Part shown: piece after piece, positions 10,366-20,025 of the stretch
Position numbering within the stretch: position 1 is the stretch's first letter
Layout of the letters: every line of letters starts with the position of its first letter
Virus record (IMG/VR): IMGVR_UViG_3300030329_003470
Coordinates: 96,001 to 160,000 of that record
Source of the DNA: a virus
Strand: one strand, 5' to 3'
DNA length: 64,000 nucleotides
Translations under genes and position numbers: made by a program
Notes under the pieces: generated by a model
What the model saw: the letters and a program-made list of their open reading frames with translations, nothing else
The model's database searches: none
Told to the model about the DNA's origin: nothing

Positions 10366-11026
10366 TAAATCATTTTACCAAGGCGAACAAGGCGACTGTT
10401 TTTTAAAACTTGAAAAACATTTCCAAGAAATAAAACACGAGTTTGATTCACAACCTAACAAAACATTTTTAGAACCTGAAGATTTTTCAGATAGTGTAAG
10501 AGGATTACCTGAAGATTTTGATGATAAGTCAGGAGACTATGTTAGTGGTGAATGGCGAGCATTAGGCATACAATCAGGTGATCATGAAGGACAATCTTTT
10601 AATGATTATCCTATGTTGTACTCAATTTTAAGAAAATTTCCATACAAAACCAACGTTGCTATTATGACTGTAGGACCAGATACAAAAATTGGCAATCATA
10701 CTGACAACGAAGGCGGATGGAGATATCAAATGTGTTTAGATGATGGAGGTGGAACCAATAGTGGTATGTATGTAATGAATATAGAAACAAAAAAACAAGA
10801 ATTGTACACTTGGAAAACAGGCGAAGCATTTATATTTCAACCAGATATACAACTACATAACGGTTTTAATAATAATCCTAACGAAAGAACTACATTATTG
10901 ATTGACTTTTTTAAAGAATCAGAGTACACTAAAGAGAAGTTTGAAAAATATTACCAAAACTATTCAGAGTGCTTTGAAGGATTGGAAAATTTAGTTGATA
11001 CATATGAGTCGAGAAAACAAAAATAA
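10358..11026 (+). CDS. Aspartyl/asparaginyl beta-hydroxylase-like 2OG-Fe(II) oxygenase
   Basis: Has HTD...H(NGFN) facial triad, W.xG...F and RTTLLIDF motifs. Confidence 0.75.
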   Translation: MLDKSFYQGEQGDCFLKLEKHFQEIKHEFDSQPNKTFLEPEDFSDSVRGLPEDFDDKSGDYVSGEWRALGIQSGDHEGQSFNDYPMLYSILRKFPYKTNVAIMTVGPDTKIGNHTDNEGGWRYQMCLDDGGGTNSGMYVMNIETKKQELYTWKTGEAFIFQPDIQLHNGFNNNPNERTTLLIDFFKESEYTKEKFEKYYQNYSECFEGLENLVDTYESRKQK

Positions 11027-11579
11027 AATTGCAATAATTGGACACACCAAAGGTATTGGTAAAGCCATTGCAAAGTTATATCAAAAAAATAAGTTTGAAA
11101 TAGTTGGATTAAGTAGGTCCAATGGATATGATTTAGAAAAAAATCAAAATGAAATATTAGATTGTTTAGATGATTGTAATCTTGTTGTTATAAATGCATT
11201 TGCAGGTAAAGGGCAATTAAATCTTTTAAAAAGAATATACGGAAGATATCATAATTCAAAAAAGAAAATTGCTGTAATAACAAGTACTTCAGGAACTATT
11301 GCAGGAGAAGACGAAGATATAAGTTCTAAAACGTATAAAGAATATTGTAAATTAAAAAAAGAATTAATAGAATATATAAGTGATTTACAACAAGAGTTAG
11401 TTATGAGACCGTTATCTGTATATGATGTATGTCCAGACACAGTAGATACTGACATGACAAAAGGTTTATGGGAAGAATGGCCAAAATTAAAAGCAAGTGA
11501 AGTGGCTCAAGCAGTAAAATATTGCTTTGAATCAACGTTTAATATTAATAAGATAGTGATGCAGAAAAATGTTAGTTAG
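11004..11579 (+). CDS. Short-chain dehydrogenase/reductase (SDR)-like
   Basis: IAIIGHTKGIGKAIA Rossmann motif, YxxxK (YCKLK) and PDTVDTDM. Start taken at MSREN (11004). Confidence 0.75.
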   Translation: MSRENKNKIAIIGHTKGIGKAIAKLYQKNKFEIVGLSRSNGYDLEKNQNEILDCLDDCNLVVINAFAGKGQLNLLKRIYGRYHNSKKKIAVITSTSGTIAGEDEDISSKTYKEYCKLKKELIEYISDLQQELVMRPLSVYDVCPDTVDTDMTKGLWEEWPKLKASEVAQAVKYCFESTFNINKIVMQKNVS

Positions 11580-12033
11580 ACCTTGGGATAGAAATAAAGA
11601 TTATGATACACTAGTCAAGTGGTGGAAAGATTGGCAATTTGGTGTAGTACCAAAAGAATGTTTGCCACCTGAAGGTATTATAGTAGAAGTAGACGGAAAA
11701 CCAGTTTGTGCTGGCGGATTGTATGTAGGAGAAGGAACACAGTTTGGATTTATGGAATGGATTGTAACAGATAAACAAGCAGACCCAAGGAATTTGCATG
11801 AATCATTAAAATTGTGTATTGATAGTATTATGTCACTTGCAAAAGACAAAGGATTAAAACTAGTTTACACTGCTACAAAACACGAAGCACTGCATAAAAG
11901 ATATCAAAAATACCATGAAATGATGCTCACAGAGAGTAATGTAAAGACTTTTTTACGTGATTTAGACGGCAAATATACTCAAAATTTAGAGTGGATACAG
12001 GACGACGAGCAATACTTCAAGCATAATAAATAA
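11569..12033 (+). CDS. GNAT-like acetyltransferase / hypothetical protein
   Basis: 154 aa with VCAGGLY...FMEWIVTD, a beta-strand pattern compatible with the GNAT fold. Confidence 0.45.
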   Translation: MLVRPWDRNKDYDTLVKWWKDWQFGVVPKECLPPEGIIVEVDGKPVCAGGLYVGEGTQFGFMEWIVTDKQADPRNLHESLKLCIDSIMSLAKDKGLKLVYTATKHEALHKRYQKYHEMMLTESNVKTFLRDLDGKYTQNLEWIQDDEQYFKHNK

Positions 12034-12052
12034 GCATAAGGAGTACATTTAA

Positions 12053-12229
12053 ATGGCAACGAAACAAGAAGTCGCAGACTACATTAACGCAAATTATGAA
12101 TCTGCATGGAGTAAAGCAGAAGAGACTAAAATAGATCAAATGCTAACACCAGAATTAGCAGAGATTTTAATTAAATTAGTCGGTGATGTTAGTTTTTTAA
12201 CAGAGGTTAGAGACAATAAATCTAACTAG
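12053..12229 (+). CDS. 58-aa hypothetical protein (below the ORF-track cutoff)
   Basis: MATKQEVADYINANYESAWSKAEETKIDQMLTPELAEILIKLVGDVSFLTEVRDNKSN. It has an AAGGAG SD and an upstream AATAAATA, and it fills the gap exactly. Confidence 0.75.
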   Translation: MATKQEVADYINANYESAWSKAEETKIDQMLTPELAEILIKLVGDVSFLTEVRDNKSN

Positions 12230-12235
12230 GAGATT

Positions 12236-13885
12236 ATGGCGTACAAAATTAACAACACCTTCGGGACACAAATAGTCTCATTAGCAGATGGTACATTAGA
12301 TACCACTACTACTGATCTTGCACTTTTTGGAAAAGGGTATGCAGGATTTGGTGAAAAACTAAATGAAAATTTAATAAAACTTCTAGAAAATTTTAATAAT
12401 ACATCAGCACCATCAAACAAAATTACAGGTCAACTATGGTATGACCAAACAAATAAACAAATCAACGTTTACGACGGAACAAAATTTAAACCAGTTGGAT
12501 CATCTACAAATTCAACAACGTCACCGTCAAATGCAGTACTAGGTGATACATGGTTTGATACCACTAATACACAATTATATGTTTACAACGGATCAGCATG
12601 GACACTGATTGGACCAACAACAGTTGCAGGATCAGGTGTTACATCAGCAACCTCAGAAACAGTTCAAGATAATGCAGGCGTTAACAGAGATATTTTAAAA
12701 CTTGTTGCCAACGATGCAGTTGTTGGGGTTGTATCTAATATTGCTTTTACACCAAGTTCAACAGAAACAGCAGGTGCGGCATTAGTTGCGGCTGGTTATT
12801 CCACTGTTGCACAAGGTATACAATTATCATCTACAGTATCATCAGCAAAATTTAGAGGAACGTCAACAGATTCAGATGCATTAGGTGGAGTTGCCGCGGC
12901 AAACTATCTAAGATCAAATGCGGCAGATACAACATCAGGCACATTAGGAATACTAGCAGATGGTACAACATTAACTTTAGGTGCAGGTTCAGATATTACT
13001 TTTACAATGGCAAGTGATAACTTAACTGTTGCACAAACAACACAAGATAAAGATATAATTTTCACTGTAAATGATGGCGGCTCAACTGTAACATTAATGA
13101 CACTTGATGGAGACACAGGAAGATTAGAACTTCCATCATGTGGTGATGTAAGAATTAAAGGAAATTTAACAGTAGATGGTGATCAAGTTGTTAATAACAC
13201 ATCAACTTTAACAGTTGAAGACAATATTATTGAATTAAACAGAAATATTTCCTCAAATTCAGGAATGCCAAACTATTCAGGAATTAAAGTAAACAGAGGT
13301 GAAACATCTGTTGCTACTGAACAAGACTTATACTGGGTTTGGGACGAAACATTCGCAGATGATGGTACAACAATATACGGAAATGCAGGCGGAGCCTGGA
13401 CAGCATTTAAATCAGGTGGCGGTGATGACGAATTATCAGCACCAACGTTGGTTGATTTAAGAGCAAACGTGGTTCATGCAACATCAACATCGGCTCAATA
13501 TGCTGACTTGGCAGAAAGATATGCCTCAGATATGGCAGTAGAAGTGGGTGATGTTGTAATGTTAGGTGGCTCAGAAGAAATAACTAAATGTGATAAAGAT
13601 GCTTGTGATAAAGTGTTTGGGGTAGTAAGTGAATCACCAGCATTTTTAATGAATGCTCAAGCAGGTAACAATGACTCACATCCAATGATAGCATTAAAAG
13701 GACGTGTTATGGTTAAAATTAAGGGTACAGGACAAGCAGGAGATCGTGTGGTATCAGCAGGATCTGGAGAGGCTAGAATAGCCAGCATAGAAGAATGTAC
13801 GGCTTTTAATGTATTGGGCAGACTAATTAAAGATAAATATAATGAAGAAACCGCACTTACTGAGTGTGTAATAGGAGTTAAATAG
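12236..13885 (+). CDS. Tail/baseplate fibre paralogue 3 with C-terminal YADLAE domain
   Basis: MAYKINNT...GKGYAGFGE...LENF...GQLWYD. It shares DSDALGGV.AANYLRSNA.DTTSGTLG with 6012. Confidence 0.7.
   Translation: MAYKINNTFGTQIVSLADGTLDTTTTDLALFGKGYAGFGEKLNENLIKLLENFNNTSAPSNKITGQLWYDQTNKQINVYDGTKFKPVGSSTNSTTSPSNAVLGDTWFDTTNTQLYVYNGSAWTLIGPTTVAGSGVTSATSETVQDNAGVNRDILKLVANDAVVGVVSNIAFTPSSTETAGAALVAAGYSTVAQGIQLSSTVSSAKFRGTSTDSDALGGVAAANYLRSNAADTTSGTLGILADGTTLTLGAGSDITFTMASDNLTVAQTTQDKDIIFTVNDGGSTVTLMTLDGDTGRLELPSCGDVRIKGNLTVDGDQVVNNTSTLTVEDNIIELNRNISSNSGMPNYSGIKVNRGETSVATEQDLYWVWDETFADDGTTIYGNAGGAWTAFKSGGGDDELSAPTLVDLRANVVHATSTSAQYADLAERYASDMAVEVGDVVMLGGSEEITKCDKDACDKVFGVVSESPAFLMNAQAGNNDSHPMIALKGRVMVKIKGTGQAGDRVVSAGSGEARIASIEECTAFNVLGRLIKDKYNEETALTECVIGVK
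13485..13512 (+). repeat. 28-bp perfect direct repeat, copy 2
   Basis: Identical to 7132-7159. Confidence 0.9.
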
Positions 13886-13889
13886 TAAT

Positions 13890-14870
13890 ATGGGATATGT
13901 AGCAGGGGAAACAATTTTAGACGACGAATACAACACATTCGTTAACAGTTCATCAGATCCATTTGGATATAATCACTTTGCAGGAACAGGCGCAACAGTT
14001 TACGGTCTTGGGCAAACGCACATAGACACTGTAGGCGCAGGAGCAACAGTTGAAGCATCTAATTGGAATACTTTAATGACAGGTATTACTAATATTGCAA
14101 ACCACTGTAATTCATCTATTACTTCAAGAACACAGGTAACAGCAGGTGATACAATATCAATTAAAGCGGCAATGGCAACAGACTTGGCTACATTGGCAAC
14201 AGCGATTGCTGGTGGTAGTACAAGTGCAACAGCATTAGACACATCTTCGGCAAAAAGACAATCAAGTTCATCAAGTGCTTGGTCACAATCACACATAGTA
14301 GAACACTCAGTTACATTTACGAATGCTAACACAATGAGATGGTTCTTTAACGGTGGTGGAAAAATTAGAGTATTAGGTGACAGAACAGGTAACGGTAACA
14401 CAGGCGGAGATGCCAATACAAAAGACACAAACTGGACAACATTATTAGCGGCAGTAGGAAACTTTGATATTGGGGCAACTGTTTCAACAAGATCTGGATC
14501 AGGCGAAACTTTAACTACAGATGGTTTATCAAATGGTTTCCATGATTTAGGAACTGGTTATACTGTTCTTATTAAATTAACAGAAGCAACTTCACCGTAC
14601 ACAGGAAACTATGTTCAAGTAGAAGCAAAATTAGATGCGGCGGCATCAGGTGGAGCGGCAACAAAAATTACTATCAAGTATTCCTTAATTGACGGTGCGG
14701 CAGATAACACATACACATCTGGTAACCTATCAAGTGTTGACCAAACTGTAGACAGAGTTGGTGTAACAAGAGTTCAATTATTCGTTATTAGTCCAAACGA
14801 CGAGCAAGGACTTGCGTCAGACATCACTGAATCAGCAACTGCTGAAGAATCTAACGCAACTACAACATAA
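13890..14870 (+). CDS. Virion structural protein (fibre/baseplate-associated)
   Basis: 326-aa Thr/Ser/Ala/Gly-rich ORF with RWFFNGGG, directly after fibre 3. Confidence 0.5.
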   Translation: MGYVAGETILDDEYNTFVNSSSDPFGYNHFAGTGATVYGLGQTHIDTVGAGATVEASNWNTLMTGITNIANHCNSSITSRTQVTAGDTISIKAAMATDLATLATAIAGGSTSATALDTSSAKRQSSSSSAWSQSHIVEHSVTFTNANTMRWFFNGGGKIRVLGDRTGNGNTGGDANTKDTNWTTLLAAVGNFDIGATVSTRSGSGETLTTDGLSNGFHDLGTGYTVLIKLTEATSPYTGNYVQVEAKLDAAASGGAATKITIKYSLIDGAADNTYTSGNLSSVDQTVDRVGVTRVQLFVISPNDEQGLASDITESATAEESNATTT

Positions 14871-14929
14871 TAATACCAAAAAATTTTTATCAGGTCGTTA
14901 AATCGCCATAATTATCGTATAATTGTGGT

Positions 14930-15244
14930 ATGAATATTGGCGAACTAAAACAAAAAGCAGATCTATCTTTCGATATTACAGTCGCAAAGAAAAATGCACT
15001 AGAACGTGCAGAATCAAGACAGATAATTGCATACAACGGACATCTTTTCCGTGCAGACCCGCAAACTATCTGTTTGGTAAAAACTTTAAATGAACAAAAA
15101 GATACTTTCTTTGTACTAGACACAAATAGTAATCCTTGTGAGATAAAAGATCCTGCTGAATTTCTCAACAAACTTATAGAACGGAATCAAGAGACGCTCA
15201 ATGCTTATCACCAAATAAACGAAGAATTCGTAAAAAGGAGATAG
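14930..15244 (+). CDS. Hypothetical protein
   Basis: 104-aa ORF preceded by TATAAT 6 nt before the ATG. Confidence 0.7.
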   Translation: MNIGELKQKADLSFDITVAKKNALERAESRQIIAYNGHLFRADPQTICLVKTLNEQKDTFFVLDTNSNPCEIKDPAEFLNKLIERNQETLNAYHQINEEFVKRR

Positions 15245-15245
15245 T

Positions 15246-15995
15246 ATGTCAAAAGGTGTTTTGTTGTTCTGTTTTAATACAGAAACTTGCGAGTATCATC
15301 GTATCGCTGAACGTTGTGTTGAACTAATTAAAAAAAATCTTAAACTAGAAATCACAATAGTAACAAATTTTGAAACTTTTAAAAAGTTTAAGCCTCTCGG
15401 CATGATCAATTATAGAATGATTGAGAACGAAACTGGAAATAAAAGACTCAATGAACAATGGCATAATTTAGATAGATGCCATGCATATGATTTATCTCCA
15501 TATGATACAACACTTTTAATGGATATTGATTATCTTCCATTTACAGATAATCTTTTAGAATACTTTAATGTTGACGAAGATTTTTTAATACACGACAAAA
15601 TACACGATTTAACTAATAAGGGTGTTTACAATTTTAGAAACAATTCAATTATTCCAATGCTATGGGCAACTGTTATTATTTTTAAAAAAACAGACAGAGC
15701 AAAAAGAATATTTGACACAGTAAAATATGTAAAACAATATTATCAACATTTTTGCGATTTATATAGAGTGGATTTTCGTAACTTTAGAAACGATTATGCT
15801 TTTTCAGTTGCTGTAAATCAAGTTAATGGACATACGCAACAAAAATTTTTACCTGGTAAGTTGCCAACTTTGCCTGGAATAGCAAAAGTTTTAGAAATTA
15901 CTGACACAGGTATTGTGTTTAAGTATGATGACAAAATTAATTACATAGAAAATCAAGATGTACACATCTTAGACAAGGAGATTGCAAATGTCTAA
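15246..15995 (+). CDS. GT-A fold glycosyltransferase-like (GT8-like)
   Basis: YDTTLLMDIDYL carries a DxD motif. It is a paralogue of the next gene (both start MSKGxLxFC). Confidence 0.6.
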   Translation: MSKGVLLFCFNTETCEYHRIAERCVELIKKNLKLEITIVTNFETFKKFKPLGMINYRMIENETGNKRLNEQWHNLDRCHAYDLSPYDTTLLMDIDYLPFTDNLLEYFNVDEDFLIHDKIHDLTNKGVYNFRNNSIIPMLWATVIIFKKTDRAKRIFDTVKYVKQYYQHFCDLYRVDFRNFRNDYAFSVAVNQVNGHTQQKFLPGKLPTLPGIAKVLEITDTGIVFKYDDKINYIENQDVHILDKEIANV

Positions 15996-16773
15996 AGGTT
16001 TTTTATGGTTCTGCCAGAACACTGACAAAGTAGATTATGTAAAATGCAGTATAGAGTTAGCAAAATCAATTAAAAAGTTTAATAAAGAAAATAATATTTG
16101 TGTTGTAACTGATAAAACGTTTGAATCAGAATACATTGACGTTGTAAAAGTAATGAACGCAGATGAAAGTGCTGAACATGAAGTAAAATGGGCAAATGAG
16201 TACAAAGCATTTCAATTATCACCTTTTACACACACAATTAAATTAGAATCTGATATGTTATGGACACAAAATACTGATTGGTGGTGGCATCATTTGTGGC
16301 AACACGATTTAGTATTTGCAGTTGACTGTAAAGATTACAAAGACAACACAATTAAAGACACAACTTACAGAAAATTATTTGTTAGAAACAATTTGCCAAA
16401 CATTTATAATGGTTTAAGTTATTTTAGAAGAAGTATTACAGCAAAAAACTTTTTTGATTTATGTGAAGTAATTACAAAAAACTGGCAAAAAGTGCGTGAT
16501 ACTGTATTAATTGGTTGCCATGACAAGTATCCAAGTACAGATGTTGTTTATGCACTTGCTTATAGAATAATTGATCCCACACAAAAACAATTAATTGACT
16601 ATCCATGGTTTAAGTTTATTCATAATAAACCTGCAATACAAGGAAATAATACTGATTATCTAATGCCAATAAAATTAAACAACAAAATTATAGTAGGCAC
16701 TCAAAGATTACATAGAGTATGGCATTATTTGGACAAAAATTTAACGGAGGAATTAGATGCCGGGGTTTTTTGA
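15988..16773 (+). CDS. GT-A fold glycosyltransferase-like (GT8-like) paralogue
   Basis: SPFTHTIKLESDML motif. Start at MSKGF (15988) after an AAGGAG SD. Confidence 0.6.
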   Translation: MSKGFLWFCQNTDKVDYVKCSIELAKSIKKFNKENNICVVTDKTFESEYIDVVKVMNADESAEHEVKWANEYKAFQLSPFTHTIKLESDMLWTQNTDWWWHHLWQHDLVFAVDCKDYKDNTIKDTTYRKLFVRNNLPNIYNGLSYFRRSITAKNFFDLCEVITKNWQKVRDTVLIGCHDKYPSTDVVYALAYRIIDPTQKQLIDYPWFKFIHNKPAIQGNNTDYLMPIKLNNKIIVGTQRLHRVWHYLDKNLTEELDAGVF

Positions 16774-17056
16774 AGCATTAGAAAATTCTAAACCAATAGA
16801 AAAAGTTCACACAGTTACTATACAAGGACAAAGTGTTGTAGTAACTTTAGAAAAGAAATTAGAAGTAATGCGACATGGAGAAGATGCGTATATGTGGAAA
16901 ACAGCAACTGAATTTGTGCTTAAACCACCGCCAAAGATTTTGCCACGATACAAAACTTTGAAAAAAACAGAAGAAAAAGGATATGAATTTTATAATAATG
17001 ATCCGTTTTATCCAAAAGGTATTGTAGAGGGAGGATTTAAATGGGTGCGAGAGTAA
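16757..17056 (+). CDS. Hypothetical protein
   Basis: 99-aa ORF overlapping both neighbours in the operon. Confidence 0.65.
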   Translation: MPGFFEALENSKPIEKVHTVTIQGQSVVVTLEKKLEVMRHGEDAYMWKTATEFVLKPPPKILPRYKTLKKTEEKGYEFYNNDPFYPKGIVEGGFKWVRE

Positions 17057-17940
17057 GAGTTTCAGATCTAGATTTTGTTTACATAAGTTACCTAGAGCCA
17101 AACAGAGAAGAAAATTGGGCAGATTTAAAAAATAAAGTGCCATGGGCAAAAAGAGTAGACGGAGTTGTAGGATTTGATTCTGCACACAAGGCCGCGGCGG
17201 AAAAAGCAGAAACAGATTTCTTTATATCAGTTGACGGTGATAATATTCTTGATGAAAGTTTTTTATTACAAACATTAGATTGGGATAAAACAAATCCAAA
17301 AGCAGTACATAGATGGAGAGCAAAAAATAATGTTAATGGTTTAATTTATGGAAATGGTGGATTAGTAGGATGGCCACGTGAAACTTGTTTGCAAATGCAA
17401 ACGCACGAAAACGCCAAAGATAAAAAAGCAGAAATAGACTTTTGTTGGACTGTGCCACATGAAAATTTAGCAAGTTGTTATTCAACCACTGTAATCAATA
17501 GTACAAAATCACAGGCATGGGTTGCTGGATACAGAGAAGGTGTTAAAATGAGTTTGGAACAAGGTGAACATATACCACCTATGGATTTTAATAAAAAAAT
17601 TTGGCCACAAAATTTAAGGATATTAACAACATGGATGACAATAGGTGCTGATGTTGAATACGGAAAGTATGCCATGTTGGGTGCAAGGATGGGTTGTTAT
17701 TCAACAACAGTTAACACAAACGAATGGATTCAGATTAGAGATTTAGAAAAAATGTCTGACTTGTATCATAATGCTGTTATTGAAGATAACATAGACGAAG
17801 ATTTAAAATTATACGGTGAAAGTTTAAGAAGACAATTAGATATACCAGTATCAGATTTAGACGAATATCAAAGTAAATTTTTTAAGTTTGTAATGCCACA
17901 AAAAAACAATAAAGGAGTGCAAGATCGTGAGTACCAGTGA
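17041..17940 (+). CDS. Glycosyltransferase-like protein (GT-A, DGD motif)
   Basis: YISYLEPN...FFISVDGDN...YGNGG...AWVAGYREGVKM. Homologous to the C-terminal half of 29040. Confidence 0.55.
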   Translation: MGARVRVSDLDFVYISYLEPNREENWADLKNKVPWAKRVDGVVGFDSAHKAAAEKAETDFFISVDGDNILDESFLLQTLDWDKTNPKAVHRWRAKNNVNGLIYGNGGLVGWPRETCLQMQTHENAKDKKAEIDFCWTVPHENLASCYSTTVINSTKSQAWVAGYREGVKMSLEQGEHIPPMDFNKKIWPQNLRILTTWMTIGADVEYGKYAMLGARMGCYSTTVNTNEWIQIRDLEKMSDLYHNAVIEDNIDEDLKLYGESLRRQLDIPVSDLDEYQSKFFKFVMPQKNNKGVQDREYQ

Positions 17941-19297
17941 TTATAAATCAGATGCTATGATGGCACAAAAGAAACTTGAAGAAGTTTCTCCTACGTTTTG
18001 CCTAGCAAAATGGAATCAAGTTTCATTACATCTACCAACTGGATTAACAAACAGTTGTTATCATCCGCCTTTGCACAAAATAGATGCCGCACAGTTGAAA
18101 AATAATCCTGCGGCACTGCACAACACTGCAGAAAAACTAGATCAAAGATTTAAAATGCTTCAAGGAGAACGTCCAGACGGGTGTTCTTATTGCTGGAAGA
18201 TAGAAGACACAGGACAAATGTCAGATCGACATTATCGTTCTGGAGAACCATGGGCAATGGAAGACTTTGAAGCAATTAAACAGAATCCAATGACCACAAG
18301 TTGGACCCCTAGGTACGTGGAAGTTAATTTTAACCATGCTTGTAATTTCAAGTGTAGTTATTGTTCGCCACAATTTTCCACTACCTGGGGTAAAGAAACA
18401 GAGCGTTATGGGGAGTTTCCAACCACACCTCCTCATAATGCTCCTGAACACTTCCAAGGCAGAAATCGTCCTATACCTAACAGAGAAGACAATCCTTATG
18501 TAGATGCTTTCTGGAAGTGGTGGCCAACATTGTACAAAAATTTAAAACATTTTAGAATGACAGGTGGAGAACCCATGATGGATCATAACACATACAAAGT
18601 ATTTCAGTACGTTATAGATCATCCCAAAGACGATTTACACTTGAATATCACAAGTAATATGTGTCCGCCAGATCCTAAATTAAAACAAAAGTATTTTAAT
18701 ATGTTACAAACCATATGTTTACAAGAGAAAGTGGAACACGTGATGCAGTTTGTAAGTGTAGATACATGGGGCAAACAAGCAGAGTATATACGTAACGGTT
18801 TGAATTTTAACTACATGATGGATAATGTGGAAGAATTTTTAGAACGTATTCCACATCGTAATTCCATAACCTTTATAATCACTTACAACAATTTAAGTGT
18901 TACAGGACTAGACAAATTATTAGCAAAGATACTCGAACTACGTAAAAAATATTCAAAAGATTATCAACGTGTATGGTTTGACATACCGTTATTAAGACAA
19001 CCTAAATGGCAACAGATAACATTATTGCCTGAGTCATATCAGGCTATACACGAAGCCAACATAGAATATATGAGAGAAAATTCTGGAGAGGACAAAGGAT
19101 TACACATATTCAAAGACTTTGAGATTCAAAAAATGCTACGCAATCTTGCTTACTGGAAAAAAAACGCAGACGCTAGTGCTGAACAAAAAAGAAACTTTTA
19201 CGCATTTTTTAACGAACACGATCGTAGACGTAGAACTAACTTTTTAAACACATTTCCAGAAATGGAAGAATTTTGGGTGGAGTGTAAAAACGCATGA
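17927..19297 (+). CDS. Radical SAM protein with N-terminal twitch domain (paralogue 1)
   Basis: FCLAKW..SCYH..CSYCW, then CNFKCSYC and TGGEP. Confidence 0.85.
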   Translation: MSTSDYKSDAMMAQKKLEEVSPTFCLAKWNQVSLHLPTGLTNSCYHPPLHKIDAAQLKNNPAALHNTAEKLDQRFKMLQGERPDGCSYCWKIEDTGQMSDRHYRSGEPWAMEDFEAIKQNPMTTSWTPRYVEVNFNHACNFKCSYCSPQFSTTWGKETERYGEFPTTPPHNAPEHFQGRNRPIPNREDNPYVDAFWKWWPTLYKNLKHFRMTGGEPMMDHNTYKVFQYVIDHPKDDLHLNITSNMCPPDPKLKQKYFNMLQTICLQEKVEHVMQFVSVDTWGKQAEYIRNGLNFNYMMDNVEEFLERIPHRNSITFIITYNNLSVTGLDKLLAKILELRKKYSKDYQRVWFDIPLLRQPKWQQITLLPESYQAIHEANIEYMRENSGEDKGLHIFKDFEIQKMLRNLAYWKKNADASAEQKRNFYAFFNEHDRRRRTNFLNTFPEMEEFWVECKNA

Positions 19298-20025
19298 AAA
19301 AAATAATAACAGCAGGTTGTAGTTTTACAAAATATAAATGGCCTTGTTGGTCTTCATACGTAAGTTGGTTTGAGCCTGAATATAATGTTGTTAATATTGG
19401 AGCATCTGGTAGTTCAAACGAAACAATTATGCGTTCAGTATACAATGCTGTAAACAAATGGAGTAATGTAGAAAAAGTTTATATTATGTGGTCAGAACCA
19501 AACAGATACGAAGTAGTTCATAATAAAATTGATACGTCAGTTAAAAAAGACGAATCAGTTACGTATTCTAGATGGGACCAGGATTTTGATTGGAATACCT
19601 TTTATGGTGGACATTATTATAAAGACAAGCATGAATATTATGTGCGTCATTTTCAGAATGAAAGACAAAACGATATTCGTATACTTGAAAGAATACTGTT
19701 TACACAAATGTATTTAGAAAAACATAATATTGAATATAAGATGATGTGTTATAAAGGTATTATTATTGCACACGATCAAAATGAAATGACTAACGGACAA
19801 AGAGCCTTGTACAATAAAATTGATTGGAATAAATTTATATTTTATAACAAATTTTACGGATTAAATGAATTTGCTGAAGACAACTGGCAAGATCAGTTTA
19901 ATAAACCAAATGACGAACATCCATTACCTCTTGCACACTATCATTGGGTAAAAGATGTTATGTATAAAAGTGATATTAAATGTCCTGATAAGGAATATGA
20001 GAAATTGAAACAATGGAAGATCTAG
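19294..20025 (+). CDS. SGNH/GDSL-like hydrolase or acyltransferase (GCSFT type)
   Basis: IITAGCSFT, GASGSSN and C-terminal DEHP. Confidence 0.55.
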   Translation: MKKIITAGCSFTKYKWPCWSSYVSWFEPEYNVVNIGASGSSNETIMRSVYNAVNKWSNVEKVYIMWSEPNRYEVVHNKIDTSVKKDESVTYSRWDQDFDWNTFYGGHYYKDKHEYYVRHFQNERQNDIRILERILFTQMYLEKHNIEYKMMCYKGIIIAHDQNEMTNGQRALYNKIDWNKFIFYNKFYGLNEFAEDNWQDQFNKPNDEHPLPLAHYHWVKDVMYKSDIKCPDKEYEKLKQWKI

